Below, piece by piece: positions 1 through 11,894 of a DNA stretch of 64,000 bases (positions are counted from its first letter, which is position 1; each line of letters opens with the position of its first letter). The stretch covers positions 107,632,001 to 107,696,000 of the forward strand of contig OZ024743.1 of assembly GCA_964016885.1 (NCBI GenBank). Direction: 5' to 3'. The notes below the pieces were generated by a model, which worked only from the letters and a program-made list of their open reading frames with translations, was not told the origin of the DNA and ran no database searches. The translations under genes were made by a program, and so were the position numbers. This DNA is from Eledone cirrhosa (lineage: Eukaryota).

Positions 1-99
1 CACGTATACATACACATATACCTACATACATAACCACAAACACACACACACACACACACACACGCACAGACACACACACACACATATATATATATATAA

Positions 100-381
100 T
101 AGAAAAAAACGAGGAAGTTTCGTTTACATTGTGTATCGACCCGTTAAGCGCGCTTCACCGAGAATTAGCACATGACATATCTTTTGTCGTATCACGAGTC
201 TGAGGAGCAGATCGATACTGGAGTTGGGTTCATAACTCCTATGGGCGACATTGAGCCAATCCTCTGCGAAATGCGCGTACCATGTCGATACACAATAAAT
301 ATTTGTTCATATTATATACACTCTGCTTGTGCACAGCGTGCTTGATTGGTACTAACACCAGTACTTCCCTGTACTACCTAC
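100..381 (+). mobile_element. PLE pLTR-like mini element with hammerhead-like motif, in (TA)n
   Basis: CTGAGGA (200-206), GCAGA...TCTGC stem II around a long insert, GAAA (268-271), TGCGCG-TA, then AATAAA. Inverted repeat ATTGTGTATCGAC (~128) / GTCGATACACAAT (~285). TA tracts on both sides. Stem I pairs poorly. Confidence 0.55.
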
Positions 382-406
382 TATATATATATATATATAT
401 ATATAT

Positions 407-644
407 TGTTATACTTTGGGAGGGTCATGTTGCCAATAAGAAACACACGCACCAGATGCTTTCACTTCAATTTATTATAATAAATTTATAAATTTAGGAA
501 TTTATAAATTTATTATAATAAATTGAAGTGAAAGCAACTGGTGCGTGTGTTTCTTATTGGCAACATGACCCTCCCAAAGTATAACACTATCCGTTTCAAC
601 GCACGTTTTCAGATAAAGAATCTTGCTAAATAAATTCTGAAACG

Positions 645-647
<3 letters not shown>
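407..647. mobile_element. Fold-back mini element, family A (PLE pLTR-derived), copy 1
   Basis: Near-perfect inverted repeat 407-~490 / ~500-587 (TGTTATACTTTGGGAGGGTCATGTTGCC...) plus a unique tail. Inserted in (TA)n. The same sequence recurs at 37217 and 62933. Confidence 0.75.
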
Positions 648-684
<37 letters not shown>

Positions 685-688
<4 letters not shown>

Positions 689-1800
689 AAGAGGAATAGA
701 AAATGCAACTGGTCTTTTAAGAATATTTATTTATTTAGTTTACCGGTTTCACATTTCTTATGCTTTTCAAAAATAAAATTGAGATGGATGGTTTGTGTTT
801 CTTTTGTGGTTTGTATATTTTCGGCTGATAGCAACACAGCCACAAGATCTGATATTTAGTTGAATAAACAACCCTAGACAAACAGCAGTAAATTACTGGG
901 GAAAATGGTGCAATGGACGTCACTGATAGATCCAAAAAAGCTCTCGCAACCTAGCTGGGAGGAAATCTGTAAAGGCTGCCTCGAAAAAACATACTTTTCT
1001 TGGGTCTGGCGTGCATCATTGCAATATGATCGAAAACAATAAAGGAATCATATCGCATCGTCTTTCTCGTAGGATAATAAGAGCTGCGTTCAGGCTTAAT
1101 ATACAAAAAACATAATGCACTCACAATCCAACGGTGCAAGGAATGGCAATGGGCTTGCACCTTGTGTTCAAATGCATCGAATGGATGCACACATGCTGCG
1201 AATTCCAAGAGCCCACAATGGGCCCGGATATGAGTAAACCTTGACAATTAGTAACTTGTAAAGAACAGGAACTAGCAGAGGAGGCCAGATGCTAACGGAT
1301 ATATGTAGTCTGTGTTTCCTAAACATGGTTCTGTGGCTCTTTTACTGTAGATTTGGATGCAAGTTCAAAATTCCACTATTTTGGTGCGGTGGCAGAAATG
1401 ACTGCACAAGCCCGCAACAGTCAGAATGTGTCATACGCTGGATTCCATTTGGCGGGGAGGTCCTCATGTAGCTTAGGCTGAGAGAAAGATCCCTATAGGT
1501 GGTGCAGGTTTATGCGCCAAACACAGCGTATGAATACAGATCTTTCCTTGGTGCAGTCACTTCAATGTTATATGTAGTTAAGGATGAGTGATAAATCCAA
1601 ATAGGAGACATCATTCATTATGTTGGATTTGATTAGCTGATATGAAAAGTAAGTGATTGGAAGGAACGGCGATGTCGATCAAAATACGAATGGAGAGGCC
1701 TTATTAGAAATGCGTTGAAGTAATGATCACCTTCTATCACAAAAATATCCATTAATACCCATGGTATTAGGGCAATCAGGTATTGATCGATACTTAATTT
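685..1800 (-). mobile_element. Highly decayed Penelope-like retroelement (RT remnant plus 3' pLTR)
   Basis: Minus-strand fragments read Y-F-D/D-I (frameshifted, ~1670-1690), NDVSYLDLSLIL (~1580-1617) and NPAYDTF*LLRAC (~1405-1445), resembling PLE RT palm/thumb motifs. Downstream is a TTGAAAA-GCAT..ATGT-GAAA-CCGGTA hammerhead-like motif (~740-772), then AATAAA, ending at (TA)n. Confidence 0.5.
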
Positions 1801-2129
1801 GTTTTATTATCTCTGATTTCTTTGATTCTGTGCTGGTTGTTAGTGATAAAAGAAGCGCTGGCAGTCTACTAATCACCATCTAGTTATCTGCAGCCTCAGA
1901 ACACTTAAAGTGAAGAAAATGTATAAAATGTACAGGTGCTGCTTGACTAACCTGATACGACTAGGTTCGTGGATTCTATTGCACCCAAATTTAGTGAGCC
2001 CCCTGAGAAAACTGTAGACGTTGAAACTGAGGACAAGCGAACTGAAGACTGTTCAATGCAGCAGTTTTTTGCTCCAGTTTTTAAACGCTCTGGACGAGTG
2101 GGGCTTGATCTTAGAACAACCACTTATTT

Positions 2130-2465
2130 AAATCAGGAGGGGAAAGATGCCATTCGAGCAAAAAAAATGGGTTTACAAAGCTTGGCTTGGAAATAAGTTA
2201 TCATTCTTGGTACAAGCAGGTGTGAAATGTTGCAGGGGCAGTAAAGGCTTTCAAAGTTAAGATATGGGAGGACTTTGGTGAGGCTGGAATCCGACTTCAG
2301 ATTAACAAATAATGTATTCTGGCAGACTGTCCACGAAATTTGTAAGACGTTGTCCAATTCTACACCTACTATCAGATACTCGCCTGGGGTTCTGCCCTCT
2401 TCAGGGATGAGAATCCTCGCAAGGTGGAGAGAATACTTTGCTGACATTCTAAATCCGGTCACAAC
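2130..2465 (+). mobile_element. RTE-clade (Rex3/Expander-like) LINE ORF2 fragment
   Basis: Translates to KIWEDFG/RLESDFRLTNNVFWQTV...ILARWREYFADILNP, matching the endonuclease-RT linker of RTE LINEs (WEEFG..DF...FWQT..RWKEYF.DLLNP). Frameshifted. Confidence 0.7.
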
Positions 2466-2704
2466 ATCAATTTTTATGTATTTCAGGTCTGATAATCGAT
2501 ATATTATTAATTAACTTGCATTTTGATCCACGACATAACTATATTGGAATGAGAGTCGCGCACATTAAGACCTATATGAGAAGTGGAGTTGGTGTGACGG
2601 ACTAAAAATTCCTTACCTCAACAAGGCTGCAATTTAATGTCTTCAAACCATCAAAGAATAGAAGGATACAGCTCTCTGTCATACGCTCTCTCTATATCTA
2701 TCTA

Positions 2705-2746
<42 letters not shown>

Positions 2747-2879
2747 GTTAGATAGATAGAGAGAGAGAGAGAGCGTAATATATATATATATATTTTAAGG
2801 AACGATCGACTTTCGTCAAATCGGACCGAAGGAACAATGTTTCCGTTGGTCTTTCCAATTGCTAATACTATCTATCGGT

Positions 2880-3012
2880 CGCAACTCCAGGTAGAAGGAG
2901 CAACGTGAAATAAAGTGTCTTGCTCAAGGACATAACACATCGCCTGGTCCAGGAATCGAACTCACAACCTTACGATTGCGAATCCAATTCTCTAACCATT
3001 CCCCCACACGCC
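2880..3012 (-). mobile_element. tRNA-derived CORE-type SINE (5' part)
   Basis: Minus strand: tRNA-like head with B box GAGTTCGATTCC, followed by TGTCCTTGAGCAAGACACTTTATTTCAC, a CORE-like segment. Confidence 0.7.
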
Positions 3013-3149
3013 ATATATATAGATAGATATCTATATCTATCTATATATATAGATAGATATAGATATCTATATCTATATATAGATAGATAGAAATCTATAT
3101 CTATATATAGATAGATAGAAAGAGAGAGAGAGAGCGTATGACAGATCAT

Positions 3150-3313
3150 GTACCAGGATAAAAAATGTTCATTTAGTCCAGAATTAGCCGTCGAAACGGG
3201 TTGAGCTCAGCCGTCGGGGTCCTACTCGTTCCTATTACCCACTCTACTACCCTAAGTATTGAGTACTTTGGTGCGTTATGGTCCATCTGGTTCGTTACCA
3301 CATTTCCTTCGTT
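3150..3313 (+). mobile_element. Family B mini element (PLE pLTR-derived)
   Basis: TAGTCCAGAATTAGCCGTCGAAACGG...AGTATTGAGTACT...CCACATTTCCTTCGT ending at (TA)n. Homologous to 7398-8180, 24283-24450 and 57435-57627. Confidence 0.7.
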
Positions 3314-3395
3314 ATATATATATATATATATATATTAGGAAGTGAGGTTTGTTTTACAAAATGAAAATAAAACGAGGTGTCCTACTCGAGTGAAA

Positions 3396-3778
3396 GTATA
3401 AGGAAAAAAGATGAAATCGAAAATGCAACTGGAGTCTTTTTTTTATAAAAATATATATTTATTTGGTTCCTTTGCCGGTTTCGCAGTTCTTCTGCTTTTC
3501 TAAAGTAGAATTGAGATGGAGGGATTGTGGTTTTTATCACATCTGGTTGGTCTTAGAATGTTACTTCTATTTTATACCCACTCTGTTTTATACCCACTTT
3601 TTTCCATATAAAACAGAAGTAACATTCAAAGACCAACCAGATGTGAGAAAATCCACAAACCCTCCATCTCAATTCTACTTTTGAAAAGCAGAAGAACTGC
3701 GAAAGGAACCAAATATATATATATTTTTATACAAAAAAATCTCCAGTTGCATTTTCGATTTCATCTTTTTTCCTTATA
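3396..3778. mobile_element. Fold-back element, family C (PLE pLTR-derived), in (TA)n
   Basis: ~190 bp inverted arms centred near 3590. Each arm holds a T(T/A)GAAAA-GCAG-aagaa-CTGC-GAAA motif. Arm sequence is homologous to 685-810. Confidence 0.7.
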
Positions 3779-3929
3779 TATATATATATATATATATGAG
3801 GGGGGGGGGGGGACTGTGTATTTGGGTGTGTTTGCGTGCGTGTTTGTATGTGTGTTATGTCTCTTAGTTCCCTTTAAATATAGTTAAAAGTGCGGGAATA
3901 AATACGATCTTTTCCTTGTGCCTATCATT

Positions 3930-4090
3930 TGCATGTATATATGTATGTATATATATATATGTATGTATATATGTATGTATGTATATTTGTATGTATGTAT
4001 GTATGTATGTATATTTGTATGTATGTATGTATGTATGTATGTATGTATGTATGTATGTATGTATGTATGTATGTATGTATGTATGTGCAT
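3930..4090. repeat. (TATG)n microsatellite
   Basis: Direct tandem tetranucleotide repeat. Confidence 0.95.
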
Positions 4091-4660
4091 GTGTGTCTGT
4101 TTGTGTTTTAGCCTCTTTGTAAATCTACATACTTACGAGTATGGCTACGTAAGTGTGTGTATGTGTAAGTGTTTCTGTGTGTGAGCGTGTGATAATGATG
4201 TTCGTGTTTGTAATGTGTCAAGATAGAATATTCTGATCATTTTTCATTAGATTACTCATATAGCAGAGGAATAGCGGGGTGGCGGGTATATATCTTACGG
4301 AGTGGCGTCTGGGAAAATATTTTTTCAAGATTAATGTACAACGCTTACATGCTAACATTTACGCAGAGAAAAATCATAAAAACATACACAGATACACAAA
4401 CTCACACAAACACACAGAAACACACATACTTGCAGACAGTGACGCATACATGACAACGATATGTTGCTATATATCTTTAAAGTAGAAATAGATACAATTT
4501 ATTTTTATCTCTATATATATATATATAATACACACACATATATATATATGTATTTATTTATATATGTTGTATATATATATATATATTTGTTCATTTATTT
4601 ATTTACTTATTTATATATATATGTATATATATATATTTATTTATTTATTTATATATCATG

Positions 4661-4736
<76 letters not shown>

Positions 4737-5242
4737 TCTAAGTATGTGTGTGTGTATGTGTGAGTGTGTTCATATGGGTATGCGTGTAGATCTGTGTGTG
4801 TGTGCCAGTGTGACTAAAAGTTTATAATAATTAATTCGTATTGCACGAGAGAGCAGTTTTTTTTATAGTTTTAAATACTCGGTATACATATTTTATTCAT
4901 TTTAATACACATATTATGTTTGTCTTGCTGTAAAAAATTATACGCATTAACGTTAACTCTGTATGCAGCAAAAATGTCGATTCATCCGAGTCGTTTTTGT
5001 TTTTCTTGCAACTTCGTCAGAGAAATAATATCCATCTTCTCTCCCCAAACAGTTTAGTAATTTGTAACTATTTGTAGTCGTTTAAATACTTATACTTTCC
5101 CCTTTTTAAGCTTTTGCTGGATTTAGTTATTAGACTGTTAACATAAGGATCATTATCATCGTTATCATTATCATGATCATCATCATCAATGTCTGGTCTT
5201 CGTCGATGGCTATTTGACATTCACTCACTTTTTATATAATAA

Positions 5243-5540
5243 TTATTTCTACTTTTGGCACAAGGCCAGCAATTATCCCAGTACATTACTGCTACTTTAT
5301 TTTATTGACCTCGTAAGGATGAAAGGCAAAGTTAACCTCGGCGGGATTTGAACTCAGAATGACTTTTTATATAATAATAATAATTGTTTCTACTTTAGGC
5401 AAAAGGCCATCAATTACCCAGTGCATTACTGGTACTTTATTTTATCGACCCCGTAAGGATGAAAGGCAAAGTCAACCTCGGCGGGATTTGACCTCAGATC
5501 GTAAAGGTAACTATGCTTGAAAGCATGGCGTCCGACCATA
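5243..5540 (-). mobile_element. Two tandem 5'-truncated tRNA-derived Meta-domain SINE copies
   Basis: Reverse complement has B box GAGTTCAAATCC, body GCCTTTCATCCTTACG(A/G)GGTCGATAAAATAAAGTACC and 3' tail TAGAAACAATTATT. Confidence 0.85.
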
Positions 5541-6129
5541 ACAATTGTTAATGAACAGGCTGATTATGATACTATTGTATCCCTTTGGAATTAAAGAAGT
5601 TGACCTGGCCGACTATTATAAATAAACAACGTTTGTCATTGTCAAGGGTTCGGATGGAGTCTCTCTTGAAAGTCTCACGTTTTGTAGTTGGAAGTTACGC
5701 CTGAGATATCATTGTTCGTACTCCCGCATCGTATAAAATATAACCAGCATAACGTGTCATAAAAGATATTTATTATAATGGTGATGATAATACTTATTAC
5801 GATAAGTATTATTATGATAATGAGGAAGATGATGATGATTGTGTTTATTGCGACAACGATGATGCCAATGATGATGATGATGATGACCCTTATCATCGTC
5901 ATAATCTTCAGCGTCATAATCTATAGTGACATTTATGTGCAAATGGTAATCGTATACTTCGTTGAATGGAACACCGCATGGGAGGGTATTCGTCATTTAA
6001 GCGAATACAACGTGCTGTGTGTTAGTCAACCAACCCTATCGAAATTCGAACTCGTTACGCCGTGGAAAGAAACGAAATACTCTAAGTCGTTAGGGTGTGG
6101 CACGTTAACAGTTTGATCTCTGACCTCAT

Positions 6130-6320
6130 AATAATTGTTTCTACTTGTGGCACAAGGCCAGCAATTATCCCATTGTATTACTGGTACTTTATTTTATCGA
6201 CCCTCTTAAGGATGAAAGGCAAAGTTAACCTCGGCGGGATTTGAACTCAGATCATAAAGGGAGGTAACTCTATGCTTCAAAGCATGGCGTCCGACCCTCT
6301 ACCGATACTGCCAATCCACC
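6130..6320 (-). mobile_element. tRNA-derived Meta-domain SINE, short form
   Basis: A box (TGGCAGTATCGG) and B box on the minus strand, conserved body, ATT tail. Confidence 0.9.
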
Positions 6321-6869
6321 AACAATGATTATAAAAAATAAATACACTTGTCTGCCTCTGTATAATATTTATGTGACTGATATTTTCTATAAAATATATA
6401 TATTTCTTTATTTTCTATAAAATATATAATCAGTATAATATATATACATTGCATTTTATAGAACTATTGGCGTTATTCGTACGGCGTACTGATTTCAAAT
6501 CCTGTGGAAGTCAACTTTGCTTTTCATCCCTTTGAGCCCGATAAAAAGATGTACCATTCCAGTACTGGGCAGCGGAAGAATTGTCAATTTGACATATCTA
6601 ATCTGCGGCCTGTGGACAAAATGACGAAATCATTGCCACGAAGAAGAGTCAGTGGTAGATGATGCATAAAAATATGTGCCTGTTAAGAGGTTAGAAGATC
6701 AGTGCTGCGCCTATGACGCATAGTACCCATGTCTTCATAGCGGGTCATTGACATTGAATAACATATTCAAATGCTTTTCTTCCCTTAGTATATAGAGAAT
6801 CTTTCTAGACCAGAGGAACTTATAATATGTTGTGTTTTCCGATCGTTCTCGTTTAACTGAGTAATAATA

Positions 6870-7110
6870 GTTTCTCCTTTAGGAACAAGGCCAGTAATTT
6901 CTTTGGGGGTGGGTGGGGAGGGTGGGGTTGAGGGGCAAGTCAATGAAATCGACCCCAGTGAGTGACCAGTACTTTATTTTATCGACCTCGTAAGGATGAA
7001 AGGCAAATTAACTTCGGTGGGATTTGAACTCAGAACTTAAAGTCCATAACTCTATGCTGCAAAGCATGGTGTCTGATGCTCTACTGATTCTGTCAATCCA
7101 CCACCCTTCG
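6870..7110 (-). mobile_element. tRNA-derived Meta-domain SINE, long form, with target-site duplication
   Basis: Full head and body plus an extra GGGGTCGATT..GAC hairpin segment. Flanking direct repeat TAACTGAGTAATAATA at 6854-6869 and 7112-7127. Confidence 0.9.
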
Positions 7111-7397
7111 TAACTGAGTAATAATAACATCCATAAAAAATTATTTTTAGCATTGGCACAAGATGAACTATTGGTAGGGAGAATCGATAATATTGACCCA
7201 CGTATTCACATATCAATTATTTTATCAACACCCTGAAAAATGACTGGTGGGGTTGGCTTCGGCTGTATTTGAAACTAGCACCTAATGCTGCGTAACTAAC
7301 TGCTACAAAGCCCCCCCCCCCACACACACATACACACACACACACACACAAACACACAAACACACACACACACACATATATGTATATATATATATAT

Positions 7398-8177
7398 AGG
7401 AAAATGTTTGACCCCGACGACAGAGCTCAAGCCGTTTCGACGGCTATTTCTGGAGTAAATTAGAATTTTTAGCGTGGTAAATAAATAGCCGAACTTTTCC
7501 AGGGGTAATTCTTTATATGGGAAGCTTGTAGTTGTCAAGAGGATTGGTCAAAATGTCTTGTAAACACAATTAAGTCTAGAAACTAGTTCATCGTTCTTTT
7601 GTCAGTGTTGAACAAAAGGGCAACGATTGTTGCCGAACAAAAATTGTACGGCTTAATTCGGGCTGTTTGTTTACAAACAAATTGAACATTATAATAAATG
7701 TTTGTTAAACCCATACGTACATATATATATGTTTGCATGTATGTATATATATACTACTGTACGTCTGTATACATATATGTATGTACGTATACATACTTAT
7801 ATACAATTAAGTCTATGATGGCAGTAGTGGCTGAACTTGCCTGTAGAACAATGAGGGAGTGGGTGGAGCCCGTAAAGCGTTGAAAGTGAGTTCTATACAG
7901 AAAATTCTAATGATTGTGTATGAGAATAGGATAGAGGAAGTAGTCGAAAAAGGATTCTGGAGAAAATGGAAAAGGGACGTTATAGAATAGGTAAATCATT
8001 TGAGATTAGAAGATTATTTACCACGCTAAACATTCTAATTTAGTCCAGAAATAGCCGTCGAAACGGCTTGAGCTCTGTCGTCGGGGTCAAACATTTTCCT
8101 TTTACCCACTCTTCTACCCTATTATTGAGTACTCTGGTGCGTTATGGTCCAACTAGTTCCTTACCACACCTCCTTTG

Positions 8178-8180
<3 letters not shown>
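7398..8180. mobile_element. PLE remnant (family B) with inverted pLTR arms and C-terminal ORF remnant
   Basis: Inverted arms 7398-7486 / 8015-8100. Minus strand 7560-7660 gives broken KPYN...RC.L...NDELVSR, similar to the PLE endonuclease C-terminal PY...KRCxLC..EK...LNKRxELVS motif. (TA)n flanks. Confidence 0.65.
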
Positions 8181-8259
<79 letters not shown>

Positions 8260-8263
8260 ATAT

Positions 8264-8472
8264 ACAAATGAAAGTACAGCATATTCGAAGTTAGAGCAGC
8301 AGCTAAGCCAACGAATGCCTTCAGCAGTGCAGCCAAGCACTCGACAAGGTATAGACCTCAGAGTAATAACATACAGTTTAAAGGGCTTTGCAAATTAAAG
8401 ATAGCGACTGCTAATTCAGCTGCGTGATCTCTAGCAACGAAAGAACTGACTAGTGAGAAAAAAAATACATAC

Positions 8473-8530
<58 letters not shown>

Positions 8531-8852
8531 CTGTATATATATATATATACACACATATCTGTATATATAACAAACCTGGACCGACCATCATTTAGAAATT
8601 ATTGAATATCTAAGTGAGGTTTCTGTAAATCCGAAATCAACAAAATCCGCTTGTGGTGTAAACATGTTAGTTTTCTGGAAGATCGAACAGAGGACTTACG
8701 TTCTCTACAGGCTTTTGTTCTAACCCAAATCCGGGTGTGATAGCACATGTTACTCCAAAGGGAGGTAACCGTGGTTTATTGCGGTCAAATTAAAATTATG
8801 AGCAACGGAAAAAATTCCATACACAAACTGAATTAAGCACTCAACGAGACCG
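8264..8852. repeat. Unclassified ~560 bp non-coding interspersed element (family S), copy 1, split by a microsatellite
   Basis: Colinear with 46783-47345 through blocks GCTAAGC.AACGAAT, AGCACTCGA, CAGAGTAATA, GCTTTGCAAAT, TAGCAACGAAA, GGTTTCTGTAAATCCGA, GGGAGGTAACC and GAATTAAGCACTCAAC. Confidence 0.75.
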
Positions 8853-8898
8853 TATATATATATATATATATTTATTTACATATATATGTATGTAAGCA

Positions 8899-8950
<52 letters not shown>

Positions 8951-9029
8951 TGTGTATGAGTATGTGAGTGTGTGTGATGTGTGTGCGGGGGTGGGGGAGG
9001 GGGTGGTGGTTATGTGTGTGTGTGTGTGT

Positions 9030-9170
9030 AGATTCCCGAGTTGAAAGATACTCTATATATTGGTAGAGTAAAGGCATCTTTATTTTATATAGAGATTGCT
9101 TCTACCGGACTAGAACAGTCTCATTAATATGAAATCATCATTCCTGATACGAATAAAATAGTTGTAGTCG
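9030..9170 (-). mobile_element. Family D mini element (degenerate hammerhead)
   Basis: GCTTCTACCGGACTAGAACAGTCTCATTAATATGAAATCATCA is homologous to the 14831-14879 and 25825-25875 motifs. Core mutated. Confidence 0.55.
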
Positions 9171-9403
9171 TGTACAGGAGCTGTGAAGTCTCACAGTGGA
9201 GATAATCCTAAATTATTAGAATATTCAAAGATGAAATTATACAGTGACACTGTAATCGGAACATCGAAGTAGATTGGTAAATTTGTATTTTCTCTTGTTT
9301 ACTTTTCCCACATATAATTCATATAGGTGTGTGTATATATCCTCGTGTATTTATGTGTGTATGAATTTATGTATGTATGAATATATATATGTAACTATAT
9401 ATA

Positions 9404-9496
<93 letters not shown>

Positions 9497-9498
<2 letters not shown>

Positions 9499-10059
9499 CA
9501 ATATGTAAAGATAACACACTAGAGAGAGAGATAGTGCGCCATCAGTCAGACAGGGAAAAACCACCAGTGTATCGAATCTATAACCCATGGAAGGCAGAGA
9601 AGACACAATAATTAAAAGTATAAATTAAAGTGTAAATACATAACTCGATAATTATTTAACACACACGTACAAATACAAAAAGATCTGTTTCGCCAAGTAG
9701 GTTGTTGACAGAAATGAATAGCCCATGGTTCATCAGCGTGTGTAAGGCATTACATTTCAGACAACACTAAGAGAATCTAAAGCGACCGTCCAGCCAGACG
9801 TTGGAGAGAGATTTCACAGCGTGCTTAGGGCACTAACCAGTGGTCTCTGAGGGACGAGCTGCTAGAAAGGGCAGCCCAAACCACTCAGAGAAGTGTGCTC
9901 AACCAAACAGAGAGAGAGGAAATACTGTTATAAGTAGCGAAATATCACGATAAATTAACGGAGCCATAGACTCTCGCTATTCCGTGTCATTAATGTGCCC
10001 AAAGGAGAAGGAATCCCGAGCCCTTTATAATACAATATGTAGAAAAGATAACACACTAG
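9497..10059 (-). mobile_element. ~535 bp unit bounded by direct repeats, carrying a hammerhead core (PLE pLTR/retrozyme-like)
   Basis: TACAATATGT..AAGATAACACACTAG at ~9497-9522 and ~10031-10059. Minus strand has CTGATGA (9736-9730)...TTGGC-GAAA (9691-9688)-C-AGATCT. Confidence 0.55.
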
Positions 10060-10079
10060 CGAGTAAAGGCATTTGTTCC

Positions 10080-10250
10080 AATTTCATCCCACCCGTCCCC
10101 TCAATCTATCTTATTTATCATTCTTTCTTCTGATGAAGGATTAGCGTCCGACACGTTAAGATCCTCTTCCTGGTATATCAAGGGTTAAACTAATATATCC
10201 CTTCCATATACTGTACCGATTGTTGTTATTTCTGTTTACCTTTTACAATA
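10080..10250 (+). mobile_element. Family E mini element with minimal type I hammerhead (10126-10161)
   Basis: TCTT-CTGATGA-A-GGA-ttagcg-TCC-GAcA-CGTT-AAGA, with GAAA mutated to GACA. Homologues at 28731, 62405 and 39080 (3' end only). Confidence 0.7.
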
Positions 10251-10327
10251 TATATATATATATACATATAACATATATATGTGTATAGATACACATATTG
10301 GTGTGCGAGTATATAAATGTAAATGTA

Positions 10328-10382
<55 letters not shown>

Positions 10383-10619
10383 GTACGCAAATGCGTCTGT
10401 ATATGTTTATATGTATGAATATCTATATGTATGTGTGTGTATTGGTGTATGTGTGTATATAACGTCGATATCTTTATCTCAACACATGCGATGGATGTAG
10501 AAAATGATGGCGGCTTCTACGTCCGACATCTGTCTCTAATTCAAATCAGGTTTTTAAGATATCGGGTGACTTTAAAATAAATGAAAGAACAAGCTACTAG
10601 ATGATAACACACGCATACA

Positions 10620-11256
<637 letters not shown>

Positions 11257-11540
11257 CCTAACCAGAGTGAAATCCATGTTCTCAAGCAAAAGACTGTATC
11301 TCTTACCAGTGCCAACGTCGATTATGGTGATTTTCGTCTATAATTATTTTGACTTGTGGCAGATCTTCTTACTGTAATACGGACGAAGGACGCTTCTACT
11401 GACATAACTTTAACTTTATGTGTCACATGGCCTCATATTTAGTATTTTTTGATTCATACCCCCAACACAAATGCACATATACGCTCAGATATACACGACC
11501 ACACCCACATACATACGCAACATATCTGTATATTAGATAT

Positions 11541-11622
<82 letters not shown>

Positions 11623-11721
11623 GTATATATATGTATGTATATATATGTATCTATATGTATGTATGTATATGGTTATATATGTATGTATATGTATATATGT
11701 ATGTATATGTATATATGTATG

Positions 11722-11838
<117 letters not shown>

Positions 11839-11894
11839 TTTATATACATAAATATATACACATACACACCCACACGTAATATATATATATAGAT

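Noticed and set aside
5757-6116. His-rich and Met/Ile-rich ORFs
   Set aside because: Derived from degenerate (GAT)n/(ATT)n repeats.
5243-7110. Possible tRNA genes or a CRISPR-like repeat array
   Set aside because: The A/B boxes belong to SINE heads with no proper cloverleaf. The repeats are irregularly spaced SINE copies in a eukaryotic context with no cas genes.
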